Part shown: positions 1-15,729 of the stretch, in pieces
How positions within the stretch are numbered: position 1 is the stretch's first letter
Layout: each line of letters starts with the position of its first letter
Assembly (NCBI RefSeq): GCF_009914755.1
Contig: NC_060947.1
Direction: 5' to 3' (one strand)
DNA from: the human T2T-CHM13v2.0 reference genome, Homo sapiens
Length of the DNA stretch: 64,000 bases
Notes under the pieces: model-generated
What the model was told of the DNA's origin: nothing
The model's input: only the letters and a program-made list of their open reading frames with translations
Databases searched by the model: none
Translations under genes and position numbers: made by a program

Positions 1-1130
1 AAAACTTACAGATAAGATTAATGTCACTTTTGATCACCTGTCATACCCCTACCTCAATCCTGGTCCCCTCCCCACTTATGAGAAATAACCACTATTATTA
101 TCTGTCATGTATTCTTATATGTGGTTCTCTAAAGATTTCCATACACATACATGTATTCATAGGAGATGTATGACATTATTTTGGGTGGTAGGTATGGTGT
201 TTATCTTCTGTATAAATGGTATCATACTGTACATATTAATCTGAAACTTGCTTTTTTATTCAATAACATGAATATCTAGATATATCTCATTCTATTTAAC
301 CAATGCATAGTATTGTGTAGTATAGATACATCATTGTTTATTCAATCATGTCACTATTGATGTAGATTTAAGTCATATCCAATTTTTCACTATTACAAAT
401 AGCATTGGAGTAAATATTTTTGTCATGACTCCTTGTGCATATGTGTGAGAATGTTCCTTTAGTATAGACAGCAAGGAGAAAAATTAGTAGGTCATAGGAT
501 GTATATTTTTTATTATATTGCTTTAAAAAATCTTTAAAGATGTATTTGATTTAGACCAACATATTCAGAATACTGTTTCAACTGATAATATAAAAATGAA
601 ATACATTTTTTGTAATAAATGTGGAAATTTTCAAATACATGTTTTAAAAGTACAAAATTTTATAATGAACCCACATACATACTAAAAATTAGATTCAACA
701 ATTATCAATACACGGCCAATCTTGTTTCATTTATACTCTATTTACACTCCCCCTGGAATACATTGGATTACCCTGAAGCAAGTCATATCATTTGGATGCA
801 CATTTTAAAATTTAGTATATCTTGAAAAAGTGTCTCCAGAATGATTGTTCCAATTTATACTTTCATCAGCAGTGTTTCAGATTACCTATTTTCCATGCCT
901 TTGCCAAACTTAAAACTATTTAAATTTTTTGCTAATCAGAAAGAGCATTTTATTTTTTCAATTTGCATTTCTCTGACTATTAGCAAAATTGGGCATCTTT
1001 TCAGATCCTTAACAAATATTTGTATTTCTCCTTCTGCAAACTGCCTGTTCAAATCCTTTGCCCATTTTTCCACTTTGGTTATCCTTTTCGCCCACTTTTC
1101 TACCTTGTTGTTTTTTAATCACATTAGATG
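1..1130 (-). mobile_element. Old L1 (L1M-type) 3' fragments
   Basis: Typical antisense L1M 3' text (tataaatggtatcatactgtac; caatttatactttcatcagcagtg; ttgcatttctctgact...gggcatcttttc). Confidence 0.65.
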
Positions 1131-2898
1131 TTTATAAATGAAATGCCACTAAGTAAATATGCACAGTGTTAGCTTGTGTTAACATTCTGAATGTTATTAG
1201 GAAAGTGGGCTTTACTTGGCATCCATTTTATTCATATATTTGTTGAATGCCTGGTACCTGCCAAACTCCTGAGGATACAATGTTGAGCAAAAGAGAGATA
1301 GTTCCTTTCCCGTTGAAACTGATAATCAGCCAAGTCGGCAAGATGAACATTGATTAAACAATCACACATATAAATACACTATTACAAATAGTTATAAGTG
1401 TTGTGAAAGAAAAGTACCTTGAACAAAAAGCTTGAGGTAGCCGGGCCGCTGGATCGTTGGGTATACTGGACTAGAGAAAGGGTGAGTAGCAGATGCTCTT
1501 ATTCAAAGGGCCATAGCCAATAAGAAAGGGTCTCATCTCTGATACTCCTTCCCTAAGGAATATTAGCTTTGGGATCACAATCTGCTTGAAAGATAATCTT
1601 TTATGAAATGGAGTAAGCTATAAAAACACTGGCCAAACACTTCAATATTAATCTCTGGCCAAAAATGCAGAGGTAGAGACTATCCTCTGTATCCCCAATG
1701 GCTTGTAATCCCAGTGCCACAATTGCTCTAGGAAAACCACAAGAAACGTGATGGATAGGCCAAGTGTCTTCTAAAGAAACATGGAAAGCTATGACTTGGG
1801 GAAATCTAGTGGGACTGTGCACTCCATTAGAGCACTATCAACCCCGGCAAGAGCAGCAAAAGAAACATTAGCAACATCAAAACCAGAGCAATGGAAAGAA
1901 TATCAAGGTCCAGAAGAACAAAAGCAACAACATAAACAAGAGTGAAAATAACATGAACCACATCAACAGGCCGTATCAGAAGAGAGGATGATACAGACAG
2001 CACCTCAGACTTTTTGTACCTACTCTTTCAAGAAGACAGTAACACTATGCTCAAGAAAACTCACCACCTCAGAATTCTTCAGAAACCACCTTCAACCTCA
2101 AGAAATGTATTAATAGAATGGAGAATAAAGTGTGGTCTCAGAGTGTGATCTATCACATTCCAATTGATTCACTGGAGAGACATCATTCACCATGAAAAAT
2201 ATCACAATACTGAGCAAGAACTGCTTGAAATAATTATATAAGGACAGATCCACAGAATTTGGGGAAGTGGTCCAGTTAATCTATTTTGTACCCCAATGTT
2301 TCCACCCTTTTCATGATTGACTATGAGATCCCCACCTAGGCTTGGAACCCAGGAAAGCCTTTCTAAGGCCAAAAAGGGTTTGGACTGCGGGTTGCTACTT
2401 ACAATGCTTTATAACAAAACAGAATGGCCTTTACTTGAATTGACTAGTTATTTTAAGCTCCCAAAGCTAGAGAGGCATGAGAACATAAGATCCTCAATTA
2501 TTTAGAATTCATGGCTCCTGATATGGCTCAAGACTGGGTGACAAACAGGGTTGGGCTGTGATGACTCTGGAGGCTAGGGCTGCTCCAGAGGGAGGTTTGA
2601 ACACACAGCCATCTGTAGGGAAATGTGGGGGCGGGGGCTGTCTCACTTTGTCAGTGTTCTTCTCGGAGTGTGTTGCCTAGAAGGGAAAGTATTCTATTTG
2701 TGATCTGGCCAATGCTAAGTAGAGCAGGATTGTCACCTCCCTGGTTCTGAACACTGCATTTTTATGATTACTGTTAAAGATAGCATTAGGTTTTTGCCAC
2801 CCTACCTCATAACTGACACATATTGAGCTCACTGTCCTCCCAAATCCCTAGACTGTACTACACTTGCTGCTTCTAAGCCACATCTTCTCCATCCTGGA

Positions 2899-2899
2899 T

Positions 2900-2939
<40 letters not shown>
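2899..2939. repeat. (TG)n microsatellite
   Basis: Direct reading, one interruption. Confidence 0.95.
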
Positions 2940-2941
<2 letters not shown>

Positions 2942-4429
2942 CAAGAAGGAGAGAACCGGGAAGAATTCAGAACTGAGTAAGAACTTCTGATCCAGAGGGG
3001 TTCAAACAAATTAATCAAGTGTTTTTACCAATAGATGACTACAGGCAGGGAGTAGGCCTCAGAGGGAGATCACCATAAGTTCAAGGTCTGAATTCAACTT
3101 GGTGAGACCAGAAACTTAATTATCACCTCATCTAGAATTGGTCAGGCACAGGGAAACTAATTTCCATTCTCCAGAAACAAAGTTGAATTACCCACACCTG
3201 TTATTCATCCAAGCTGCCCTGTCCTAGGGTGAGTCTGCTCAGATGTCAGACTTGAGAGCACAGGGGTGTTTGAAGAATGGAAAAGTAAGGCAAAATGGCT
3301 TGGATGGCATTCTGGAACATTTTCTTAAAGCTAGGGTAGCTGGATGAATTAGCTTTTAGGAGACTTCTGTCTCTGTGGAGCAGGTTGATCCATAGACTCA
3401 GTGGCCCCTCTCTTTGAAGAGTGTCAGAGGAACATTAACATATTCTTTTGTTTTTGTCTCCTCTTTCTCTAACCTCCATGGAGACACCTCCACCCACCAG
3501 CCAGCCAATCACTCTTCTGTTATGACAACACAACAGTAACCTCAGCCAAGTCACAACATAATTGAGTAGGTTTCTGTTTTCTGTACACCAAATTCTATTC
3601 CTCCTATATCTTACTAAAGATTGGACTTGGGACACAACGTGGTGCCTTGATGGAGACTTGAGACACATCCAATTCCCATCTCATTAGTAATATGTGTCCA
3701 AATTCTTTCTCAGGCTCAACTCTTTCTGCAAAGGGCTGAGCTCATAGGTTCCTTGTTGATTTGGATTTGGTCAGTTTGCAAGAGCCGTGTGGTCTAACTT
3801 GACCTCTCCGTGAGCAACTAGAGGAGGTGGGGTTGGATGGAGGGTGTGCCTCTTGTGGGATTTGGCACATTATCACAATAACTATCCAAGGCTCAACTCA
3901 GAACTGATAATAATCAGCTCTTACATATCATTTAATGTAGTCACCATAAGATATCAATGAGATATATATTGTCTCCCTGTTTGTGAATAATAATAAAACC
4001 AATGTTCAGAGAGAGAAAGGACTTTGTTTAAGTTACATGACTAATTATGAGCAGAGCTGAATCCAGGTCTCTTAATTAAGAATCCAGAACTTTTCTGCTT
4101 TTTCCTGTGTCTTTACCTAAAAATTGGTAGGAACTCCCATCAATGCTACTCTTGCCAGGGCTTTCCTGTTTCTGACCATTTCTGGTGACCTCACAGAGGG
4201 GAGAAACCTGCCAGTGACAAAATCACTTGCCACCTTTCCCAGACATAAAGTAGAAGATACAGGAAGCTGGCTTCACTGCTCAAGCTCTGCTGCCCATGAA
4301 GTGACCCGGTCATAGTGGTTAAAGAGGAGGAGAAAGACCATACTAGACACTAAGAAGACCTCCCTTTGCCAGGAAGGGCAGGCCTAAGAAGGGCATCAGT
4401 GGACAGAGAACTTAAAAAATGGCCTTTGT

Positions 4430-4815
4430 GTGTACTACTTTTCTAGGGCTACAATAACAAAATGCCACACACTGGGTGGCTTAAACAATAGAAATTTATT
4501 TTCTCACAGTTCTGGAGGCCAGAAGTCCAAGATTAGGTGTCAGCCAGTTTGTTTTTTTCTGATACCTCTCTTGTTGGCTTGCAGATGGCCACCTTCTCAT
4601 TGTGTTCTCAAATGGTCTGCTCTGTGCCTGTGCATCCTTGGCTTCTTTTTGTGCCCCAATTTTTTCTTGTTATAAAGATAACAGTCAGATTGCATTAGGG
4701 ACTACCCTAACAACCTCATTTTAACTTAATAACCTCTTTAAAGGCCCTGCCTCCAAATACAGTTACATTCTGATGTACTAGGGGTTAGGGTTTCAACATA
4801 TGAATTTGGGCAGCG
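4430..4815 (-). mobile_element. MLT1-family MaLR solo LTR
   Basis: ctgggtggcttaaacaatagaaatttattttctcacagttctggaggccagaagtccaagat ... ggggttagggtttcaacatatgaatttggg. Confidence 0.85.
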
Positions 4816-5983
4816 GAACACTGTCCTTTGTTTCTTAGCACATGGGCTGAAACTAGTTAACTTTTTAGGCCTAAATAAATAGAGAACAGCTGGATAAAGA
4901 GACAAATAAATGAGATACTTTTGAGATGAAGGTGATTGCGTATAATATTAATTGCCATCTAGTACTTGCATCTCTTCTCTATCCACACCCCATGCTGTGT
5001 CAGCTCCCTCATCCATGGCAAGTCTAGAGTTTCACGGTTTCTTGGTAAACACCCATTGTCTGCTTGCTAGCAGAATCTTTGGTTTTCTGCTAAACTGGCA
5101 CTTTCCTTCTTTATGGCTAATATCTGTTCTTTTTAGAAAAGTTTGGGCTCTTGACATTCTAGAGGCAAGTATGCAAAATGGGAATTCTGACTGTATCTAC
5201 AGATCTTTGATCCAAAAATGGACAAGTTTTGTCTTTAAGCAGTGGTGGTAATAAATATGGTGAATATAGATATCAGATTTCCCAGCATAGTCCAGGTTCA
5301 AATATTTGGTCTTATTGCTTCTGTAACCACATGCACATTTGTTAGACTGGTTGTTCTAATGTGGGTCCAGAAAACATACTTTGGAGTGTGCTGAATGGGT
5401 TTAAGTATTCCCATCAATTACTTTCCATTGTTTTGGAGACAAATTCTAAACTCACCATAGAATTAAAAGTCCTCAGTAATGCAGACTTCCACATCTAGCC
5501 AGCTTCATCTCCTACCACTATTCAAGATAAGTCATGTACTCAAACCATACAGAATTTTAGTCACCAAACTTGCCTGTCCATTTTATATATTCATGCTTTT
5601 GCACATGCTGTGTTAGGACACGCTTCTAGAATACCTATGATGATTTTGCCACTGTTACCTGTAAACTGCCTAATATTCTGTTAATCCTTCAAGTTTCAGT
5701 TCAAATCTCTGTGAAACTGTTCCTGACATCCCTAGAAAGTCAATCACTCCTTCTGTTTTGCCACTGTAGCTTATATATACTATATTATATATTATACTTG
5801 AACATGTTATAATGGTGAACATATTGGGCTAACTGGAACACCATTTTATTTGGCTATCTTCCCCAGTAGACAGGGACCTGACTTATAATAAGTACCCATG
5901 TGTTTGTTAAATGAATGAAAGAAATAATAGGAAAAGGACATTGCCAAGGATGAGCATCTGCATCTCTCCATCTTCTAACATAA

Positions 5984-6208
<225 letters not shown>

Positions 6209-7741
6209 GAATTTCTTATGATTAAGAGGATGAGATGAGAGTGAGGTAGGGCTAGCATCTGGTTTATATAGCTCAGACTAGTCTTCTACTTTGTTTACAG
6301 GTTTTGGGACCTGATCTGATCTAAACTAAATTTCCAGTGCTGGGCCCCAAAAAGACTAATCCCACTTGTCAGATTAACATAAACCCTCGAAGGTATAAGT
6401 AGTTGTGGGAGGGCAGGATGACCTGACAGACATGTTCCTGGCAGACCAGTTATCATGTTGAGGTGCCCAGAGAACCTGGTTCCTCCCACATAGGAGGACA
6501 CCACCCTAGGGTCCCTGAGCAAACTATGGGAGACCAGAATATTGCCACATTGATGGAGAAATGTCAGCCTGAAAATTGCCACACATAGTCTTTGGGGAGG
6601 CAGTATGGGAATGGGGTAGGGGACAGAATGACACAGAGAGGCTGATGCAAAAACCAACCGTCATTCTTGAGCAACTGAGGAGGTATGGGCTAGAAGTCCA
6701 GACTGTTGCTGCTGGGACTTCCCTTCCACAATGACTCTGCAGTCCAGAAGCTGGGGAGGCAGTTACAGAGGCCACTTCAGGCCAAGCCTGGGGTAGAGGT
6801 GGTGGCAGATAAGCCACCCACCCATGAGTTCCCTCCCCATCCTACTTTCCTTTTTCACATCTTTCTTACATCAGATATGACAATAGCCCCATGATATAGG
6901 CAGGGCAAAGATTATGACCTCTGTTTTACACTCAAGTATGTCAAGTTCCAGAAAAGTAAACCATGAGGCAGTCTCTTTCCAAACTCAACTGCTCAGTTGC
7001 CCTTACCTAGTGGCCCCTCCATGTATAGAGTGTGAGCCTTGCCCTGACTAGTCTTATATTCATTCAACTTAATAGCTCATAAGCCTTTCCATGCCTTCAA
7101 CTTCTTAATTTCAACTCAATCATAACATTGACCTAGTGATGCGAACTCCTCCCATCCTAACTTATGTTGTGTCAGAGGCACCATTTACTCACTGAATATT
7201 ATTTAATACCTCCTACCACGTGCCAAGTACTAAGCTAAGCAATATCCAATACAGCAGTGAACAAACAGTCTCTGTTTATGTCACAGAGCTACCAATCACA
7301 AAAATGCAGTGTTTAGAGCCAGGGAGGTGATCAGCAGTAAACATATAAATTGATCAAAAAACCAATTATTCCGAATGGTAAGGTGTGCTATTAAGAAAAT
7401 CAGTAGGGTTCCAAGCATATGAGGGAAAAGGGGTAAGAAGAGCTATTTTATCTTGGTTTGGCAGGGAAGACATTCCATAGAGAGAATATTTTAAGCTAAG
7501 ACCTGAAGAATGAATGAGAAGGAGAAGGAGTCAGCCATGGGTTGAAGGGAATTTCAAAGACCCTGAGATAAGAAAGTGCCAATGGTGCACATAGTCAAGC
7601 CAACTAGGATTCATAGCCATCTTAAGGCAGTGTGGTATACAGGAAAGGTGAAAGGCATTGAATGCAACCTTAGGAATCCCCTTGTATTTTTGACCCATCC
7701 CTGCTAAGAGGTCAGAAGGGAACTGGCATGTACTGTGTGTC

Positions 7742-8033
<292 letters not shown>

Positions 8034-8715
8034 TACTATGTATCATGTCCAGCCAGGCACAAGCTAGTCCCTTTCTCACATGGATTTTTTTTTTATTATT
8101 TCCCTGAGCCTCAGCATTCTTATAGGTGTAACAAGGAAGTGAGACTTTTTGGCCTCTAAAAGCTTTTATAACTTGGAGAGATTAGTTGATCTAATCTATG
8201 ACCCCATCCTCCAGTTAGGAAGCTGAGGTCCTGGAAGACAAAGTGCTTTTATCTCAGGTTGCCCAATGGATAAGTACATTACTTTTTAACTCTATGCCTG
8301 ATTGACCAAGGTAAAGCTGAAAGAGTCTCATCTGAACTATAACCCAAGTGGGTAAGCCAGTCCCTTGGCACTGCCCAGGAAGAAGATATGGATGGGAGGA
8401 CTACTCCTTCTTGAATGCAGAGGATAAAAGTTATCTGGGAGCTCTTTTACGGTATGGTTGTGCCTTTGAATATGAGCAAAGCTTCTCCTAGCTGCAGATA
8501 TTTTCAGGAAGAGCAGAAACTGCACCACAGTGTTTTGGGTAGATAAGGCTTACCCTGGTGGGGAGAGAGGTCCTGGAAGGGGGTGAGCCCAAAATCTATA
8601 TGCTTTCCTGGGAGGGGACCTGGTGTTTTAAATCCATTTTTAGAATTTTTTTTTTATTGCTGCAAGAACTGGAGAGAGATCAAATCCATTTTCATTTGTT
8701 TCCAATAGCCCTTTT

Positions 8716-8718
<3 letters not shown>

Positions 8719-8748
<30 letters not shown>
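8719..8748. repeat. (CTG)10 trinucleotide repeat followed by a TCC/pyrimidine-rich tract
   Basis: Ten uninterrupted CTG units counted directly. Confidence 0.95.
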
Positions 8749-8750
<2 letters not shown>

Positions 8751-10322
8751 TGTTCTGTTCCTCCTCCTCCTCCTCTTTCTCGTCCTTTTTTTCCTTCTTC
8801 CTTCTCTTTTTCTTCTGGCTTTTGCAACTTAGAATGCACATGGTGGCTAGATACAGTTAAAAACCCAGTTCCATGCTCAGGCTCATCCTAGCACTGGTTC
8901 TAATATCTATTCCAGATTGTTGGAGAAGATAGGAGAAAGTGAAGAAGGGAAGAAGAGAAAAAAACAGAGAAGAAAGAAGGAAAAGAAGATAGAGGGACAA
9001 GTAGAAGAAGGAAAGGAAAGGAAAAGCAAGGAAAAAGGATAACCTGTCCTCTTTGACTAGTAGGCTCACCAACTCTTCTTTACCATGGAAGGGATTTCAG
9101 TAGGACCAAAGGCTTTTCCCATGAAATAGTATTTTATCTTGATAAGAACCTAGCACATTGGTTACCAACCTCCTTAAATTGATTCCCTCAAAAGGAAGAA
9201 AGTGTATCTGGAAATCCTCTGAAACTTCCAGAGTCCCCCAAGCCCAGTGCTATTTCTACCAGGGGAGAAAGCAGAGCTCTTTGTATATATGGGTAGGAGC
9301 AAAGTAAGATTCTCCTCCCCCTTTCCCCACAACCCGAAGCAGAAGTTTCTCCTGAGATTTCAACCAGTAAAATCACCATATAATAGATTAGGCATCCTGA
9401 GAAGTTCTTAATGGAACGAGAGCTCTCACTAATCAAAGCAGGAAAGAACAGGGCCTTGAAGAAATCAGAAATCTAATTAAGGTGGAATTTCAAGAGATCT
9501 GACTGAATGTTAAATAAGTTGTAGAAGCCTCATCAAAAGGATTAACTCAGCTGCAGAGACAACGCAGAAGTGCAGGTGGGGATTCTGCATGAAGACTGGA
9601 AAAAAAAACAGTGACAAGAACTGAAAGTGGTCATTGTGTTCATGGTGTGTCTAAAGGACAGATAAAAGAAAGAGGTGCCCCTGACCCCTCCTTTCATCCC
9701 ATCTTAGTTGATGAGGTTTGGGGAAAAGAAGAGTTTGTTAAGCTCATTTAATCTGTTTTGTCTTGTCCATGTTTTCATCAAGCAACTTTCTGATTAATTT
9801 GGCTTTTAGAATATATTTTTCCAAGCAAGACAGAGATTGTTATTCAGCCAACATGAGCATTCCCAGCTGTTTTTGGGTTATATTAGCTCTGGAATTAAAA
9901 CAAAACCAAACAAAAAAGCCTCTCTGTGTTATATCTGCTTTCTGTGAGTTTGACTTGCATGGGTCAGTTCATGGAGTATGATCAGGTCAACTCCAGGTGT
10001 CTTCTCAAAACTGAACTGCATGGGTTCTGTAAAACTAAACCGTGTGGTCCATAGTAAGAGGTCTCTGCTTGAGAAGTAAGCCATATCCTTGAAGGGCATT
10101 TCTATCTCACTCCTTTTGTTATGCAAAGAAGCTTAGTCCTTTATTTTGCACATGGGGACACTGAAGCCCAGAGAAGCCCAGAGAAGGGAAGAAACTTGTC
10201 TAATTTTCCATAGTGGATCAGTGGTAAAGCCAGGATCTAAGTGTAGGTCATAACCTGGTCCTACACAGGCTCTTGTCCTACAACATTCTATGTCTAGATT
10301 TTGTAGTCTCTTTCTTGGCCTC

Positions 10323-10330
10323 TGTGAGAG

Positions 10331-10370
<40 letters not shown>

Positions 10371-11308
10371 GTTTTCATCCACAGTTCCTTTAGGCCTCAG
10401 AAGCAGGCCTCAGAAAACAGAATCTCTCTCTGTGAGAGATGTGTGTGTGTGTGTGTGTGTGTAGGTTTTCATCCACAGTTCCTTTAGGCCTCAGAAGCAG
10501 GCCTCAGAAAACAGAATCTCTCTCTCTCTGATATTGTCCTGCTCTCCTTTCACTTGTCCAAGGCAGCATTCTAATCTGATTGTGGATCCTAAGACCCTCA
10601 TTCCAGAGAGGGTCCTGACTCATACCTAGGAGGAAAGAATGCTGTGTAGAGAGGCCAAGAAGAATCTGAATAGATAAACCTTGCTGGCTTCCCTGACCCA
10701 GTCTGTTAGTATGATATAATACCCTTTTTATCCAATCACATTTATACATGAGTGTCAATCATGCTTAGGTAATGAAGCCTCCATAAAAACCCAAAAGGAC
10801 AGAGTTTGGAGAGCTTCTGGATAGCTGAAGATGTGAAGGTTCCTGCAGAGTGGTGTGCCCTGGGAGAGTATGGAAGCTCCACACCACTTCCTCCATACCC
10901 CACCATATGCATCTCTTTATCTGTACCCTTTGTAATATTCTCTATAGTAAAACTGTAAATGTGTTTCCCTGAGTTCTGTGAGCCACTCTAGCAAATTAAT
11001 TGAACTCAAAAAGAGAGTTATGGGTACCCCAGCTTGATACTGCCCAGTCAGAAGTTCTGGAGGCCTGGACTTGGGACTGATGTCTTTGGTGAAGGGAAGT
11101 CTTGGGAAATAAGCCCTCAACTTGTGAGACCTGAGGCTATCTTTAGGTAGATGGTGTTGGAATTGAATTAGAGGACACTCAGCTGGTGTCTGCTGCTTTG
11201 TGTGTGGGGGAAACTATCCCACACATTTGGCTGCAGAAATCTTCCATGTTGATTGTTGTGTTGATGTGAAAGCAGAGGAAAAAAATGGTTTGGGGTTTTT
11301 CCCAAACA
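10323..11308 (+). mobile_element. MER21-family LTR (MER21A/B-like) with duplicated 5' end
   Basis: ggttttcatccacagttcct, aggcctcagaaaacagaatctctc, ccaatcacattt, gtttccctgagttctgtgagccactctagcaaattaattgaa. Confidence 0.75.
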
Positions 11309-11612
11309 ACCCTCAATTCAGGATCATGAGTTTTATGAACTCTCTGAAAAGCAATCTTTAAATCAATTGAACTTAACTTCACTAGTAATTCTCTAAAGGG
11401 CTGAGGTTTATTTTCAGCTTCGCTTTTTGATATTTACAACAGATTTCCTCCCTCCAGCCCACGCAGCTTTGTCGCCTCTCTGATTTTCATTTCCTCTTCT
11501 TCCTTACCTAAGGTGACAGGAATGCAACCCTGGTTGCAATTGTGTTTTTCTCTATTCAAATTTTGTCTCATTATGTCCATAGGAAGAAAACAGAGGTTTA
11601 GAAGACATTACT

Positions 11613-11917
<305 letters not shown>

Positions 11918-14900
11918 TTACTCATCAACCCGATTGCTGTGCTGGCCTATGTTCACCTCCAAACACATCTTGATTTCAAATGGTTCACTAAAAGCCTACT
12001 GTGTTCTAGGTATGGAGCCTAAGAAATGACTCACCCCTGCCATCTGAAGAGATTTTAACTCGGGCAGAATTGGAGTTGTGGACTTAACATGTGTGGAAAG
12101 TATCCATAAGTCAAGATGGAGTCAGATTATATAGCACAAATATTAATATTTATTTCAGCAGGCATTTTAGTCAGATTTAACCAACATTTACAGAAAAGCT
12201 ACTTCATGTTAGAACTTAACCTAGGATCTGGGAATCCAAAAATTATTAAGTTAAAGCCAGTGCCTGGTAGAGCACACTTTGTAACTATGTAAACAGGTAT
12301 TCTAAATACAATGTAATCAGGCTGTAATTTAGGTGCATACAACGCACAGAAGAATTTGTCTAGGACAATTAAAAGAGGTTTCCCAGAGGAGATGACAATT
12401 GAGCTGGGTCTGAAGAAGAAACACAAGGTCTCCTGACAGAATAGATGTGAAGGGAATAGGAAGCTTTCCAGGTCCACAGAGAGGCATGTGTAAAGGCTGG
12501 AGGTATACTAGAATATAGGGCATGCAGTAGTCAGAATATAGGATGGGAAGAGAACAGTGAAGACATAGGCTGTGTACAGATTGTGAAAGATCCTGATCAC
12601 TTAGCTGACAAATTTTGAACTTTAAGCTTAAAACAATGAAGAGCCACTCATCTTTTCTGAGCAGTGCAATAACACCACTAGAGTTGTGTTATTAAAAGAT
12701 CATCCTGGCAATAAATATCAAACTTTAAGGATAAAAACATTCCTGGATGAAAATGAACATCATTTTCATCTTTTTTTTTCTATATTCTTCTTCATCATTA
12801 GGAACAAAATCATTCTCTTCCTCAAATACAAGCACTCTGGGAGCTGACCTCATCACCCTTTATTAATTTAGCTAACAATTGCTAACACTAAGGCCCCTTA
12901 CTATGTGCCAAACACTGGTGATACAGAAATCAATTTAAACAGAGATACTTTTTCTTGAGGGAACTACAGGCTACTCATGAGAAAAAGGCATGGACAAAAA
13001 ATATCACACTTTAAGGTCATAAGTGTTATAATCAGAATATTAGTAAAAATATATAATGATGATCAACGATGATTGATATTTCTAACTTGGATTTTCTCCA
13101 TGGAGATAAGAAACACAGTATTATGACCAAGTTTGTTTGAGGTGTAGGGTCTAGGGCATGAGGACTTAGACATTCAGGGAGATATGTTCAATATTAGATT
13201 GAATCTACTGATCTGGAGGTAGGGAAGATAGAAAGAGAGTAAGGAAGTGTGCAGAGACACAACAAAAAGACAAAAGTACAGAGTATTTGGAAACACATTT
13301 AATAAAGAACAGGAAAGAAAGAGACGTCGTTAAGAGAACCAAAGAGAATGGTTAGGAAGATAGGTGAATCAGAGGAGTATAGGTAAATTCAACAATTCTC
13401 ACTGAGCACTATTGGGATCAGGTGTTCTGCTAGGTATCAGGGACACAAATGGAGAAGACAGTCTCTGCAATTGGCTATGATCCTCTGGCATGAATTTGAT
13501 CTTTACATCTCATCTGAACCATACTTCTGTGGTTCTGGTGATCAAATTCAGTCTGGAGAGGGAGGGTATTCTCTAAACCATTTGATGACAGGTTTTAGGA
13601 AAGAAGAAATGGCTGACAGTCACCTGTTGCAGAGACATTGAAGGGAGTGAGGGCTAGTAGAGAGGCTTTTGGTTTTGTTGATTAAGAGTTCATGGTAATT
13701 TTGTGACAACAGTTACCAAGGTTAGTGCAGAAATGAGAATAAAGACAAAAAGCTAAATTATGGTAGATTAGGAGGTTAAACAGTGAGGTAATCTATGGAA
13801 CCTACTTTTTAGAGTGATCTGAAGAATGATGTGGTGGTCACTAGAAAGATTTTTTTTTTAAATTTGGTTAAGATGTGATTATATGTACAGGCTCAGAGAT
13901 CAACAGATGAGGGACAAAACAGGACAGTGTCTGAGAACAGGCTATTTGGTTGATGATCTTTGTGAGAACAGAGCCAATGGAGTAGTAAGAAGCAAGTGAA
14001 GTGGAGTAGTAGATTCCAGTTCTAAAACCCCTTTGCTTAGCTTAGGGGTAAAATGAGAGGTTCCTGAGAGGTTTCAGGCTGCAGCTTGCAGCTCAGAGAA
14101 GAATGTTCAGAAGAAAAGTAGGATAAAGGAAGAGGAAGTTGACTTAAACCACAATAGGCCTGGTTCAGATTAGATGGGAGGTTCAACTTCCTGCCAGAGG
14201 AGCACCAGTTCATGTGAAGAGAAGTGAGAGAATTTCCTTATTTGTGATCCCCAAAACTTAGATATAATTCTCCTGCTTTGGAGTAAAAATTGATATGTTC
14301 CAGCCTGAAGACAGCGAAAGACATTAAAATGGACCTTCCAAGTGGCATGTGGTATGGAAGACAGTAGAAAAATAATTGGTTTGAACTCCAGCTTAGCTGA
14401 TTAATAAATTACTTGAAGTAAGTCATTTGAGCACTCTGAGATTCAATTTCCTTATCAGTGAAAGATACGACAATTCTCACCTTGTAGAGTTGTTATGAAG
14501 ATTACATAAGCGGATGTACATAAAGCATCTAGCTTGGGACAGAGTAGCCTTTCTTCAACTGTTGTCTCTCTTCCCCCACTTCCTCTGGTTCCCTAGCCCT
14601 ATCAACACAGTGTACTGGAGTCTCCAGTCCTGCTGGAGATAATGAGATAATGAGAAGATGGGAAAGTTTGTGTATGCTGGGAATTTATGCCACAATGTCC
14701 AAGAACTGATCATCTCCTGGATAGTCAAGGTTGCTAGAGAGACCCATAGAGCTTCTTCCCCTTTTCTGTCGGCCTCCAGTGCCAAGATTTGCAGATAAGC
14801 CAGGCAGCTTCTAAGACATCTTTTATCACTAGTGGCTGAGGCAAATGAGCTTAATATATGGTTAGAGGTAGTTCCAGGCTCCAAAATATATCTTTCCTTG

Positions 14901-15135
14901 TCAGCGATAGATTATATCTACTTTGTACCAATAAGTGCACCAGCAGGTCGCCCTACAAATCCCAAGGGGACTCAGATTCAGGTTCAGGTCCAGTCTCAAA
15001 GAAACCTTCATTGAGGGCCACCCATGGAGGTCCAAAACAGGTCAAAAGAAATCCCTAGACAAATGAGAAAATTCATCCCTCACAGTTGTATTATCACTTT
15101 GCAGTTTAGAAAGCTTTTTTCACATGTTAGGTGAG

Positions 15136-15196
<61 letters not shown>
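15136..15196. repeat. (TA)n microsatellite with AT-rich flank
   Basis: Direct reading; two TG interruptions. Confidence 0.9.
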
Positions 15197-15197
<1 letters not shown>

Positions 15198-15729
15198 ATA
15201 TAAATAATGTTTATAATATCACTATAAATTATAGTATATAGTGATATATATATTATATATTACATAGTATCACTATGTTATGTACAACAAATAATCATAT
15301 TCATTATAATAATGAAAAATTAGGTAACTAGTAATATAAATATAGTATAATTAATATTAATATTATGTATGTACACATATATACAAGGCCTGAGAACTTT
15401 ACTTAGTCTAGATCATTCTTTAGGTCTTAAATATTTTTTGAAGAAAGTCTTCCCTAAACTCTCATACCAGATTAGGTTTACTATTATTTGCTCTTATAAT
15501 ACTCTATATTTATCCTGTATAATACTTATATTTTCATCCTGACATACTTTGGCAAGTGCCTGTGTCCCTCATTTGAATATGAGTTCCAGGAAGGCAGGGC
15601 CTTGGTCAGTCTTGCTATCTTTGACACCCTTGTTACCTAGACCACTTGACCAATCTGTGAATGGGAGAGAGAAGAGGGCCCTTCAAAGACCATACAGTTC
15701 ACCCTATTTAGAAATGGAGAGTGAGGGAG

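Noticed and set aside
1600-2250. A-rich, coding-like stretch
   Set aside because: No sustained reading frame or recognisable protein; it may be a decayed ancient LINE, but I cannot assign it without RepeatMasker/Dfam.
8558-8860. Poly-Cys/poly-Ala ORFs
   Set aside because: Translations of the (CTG)10 and TCC microsatellites; no splice or gene context.
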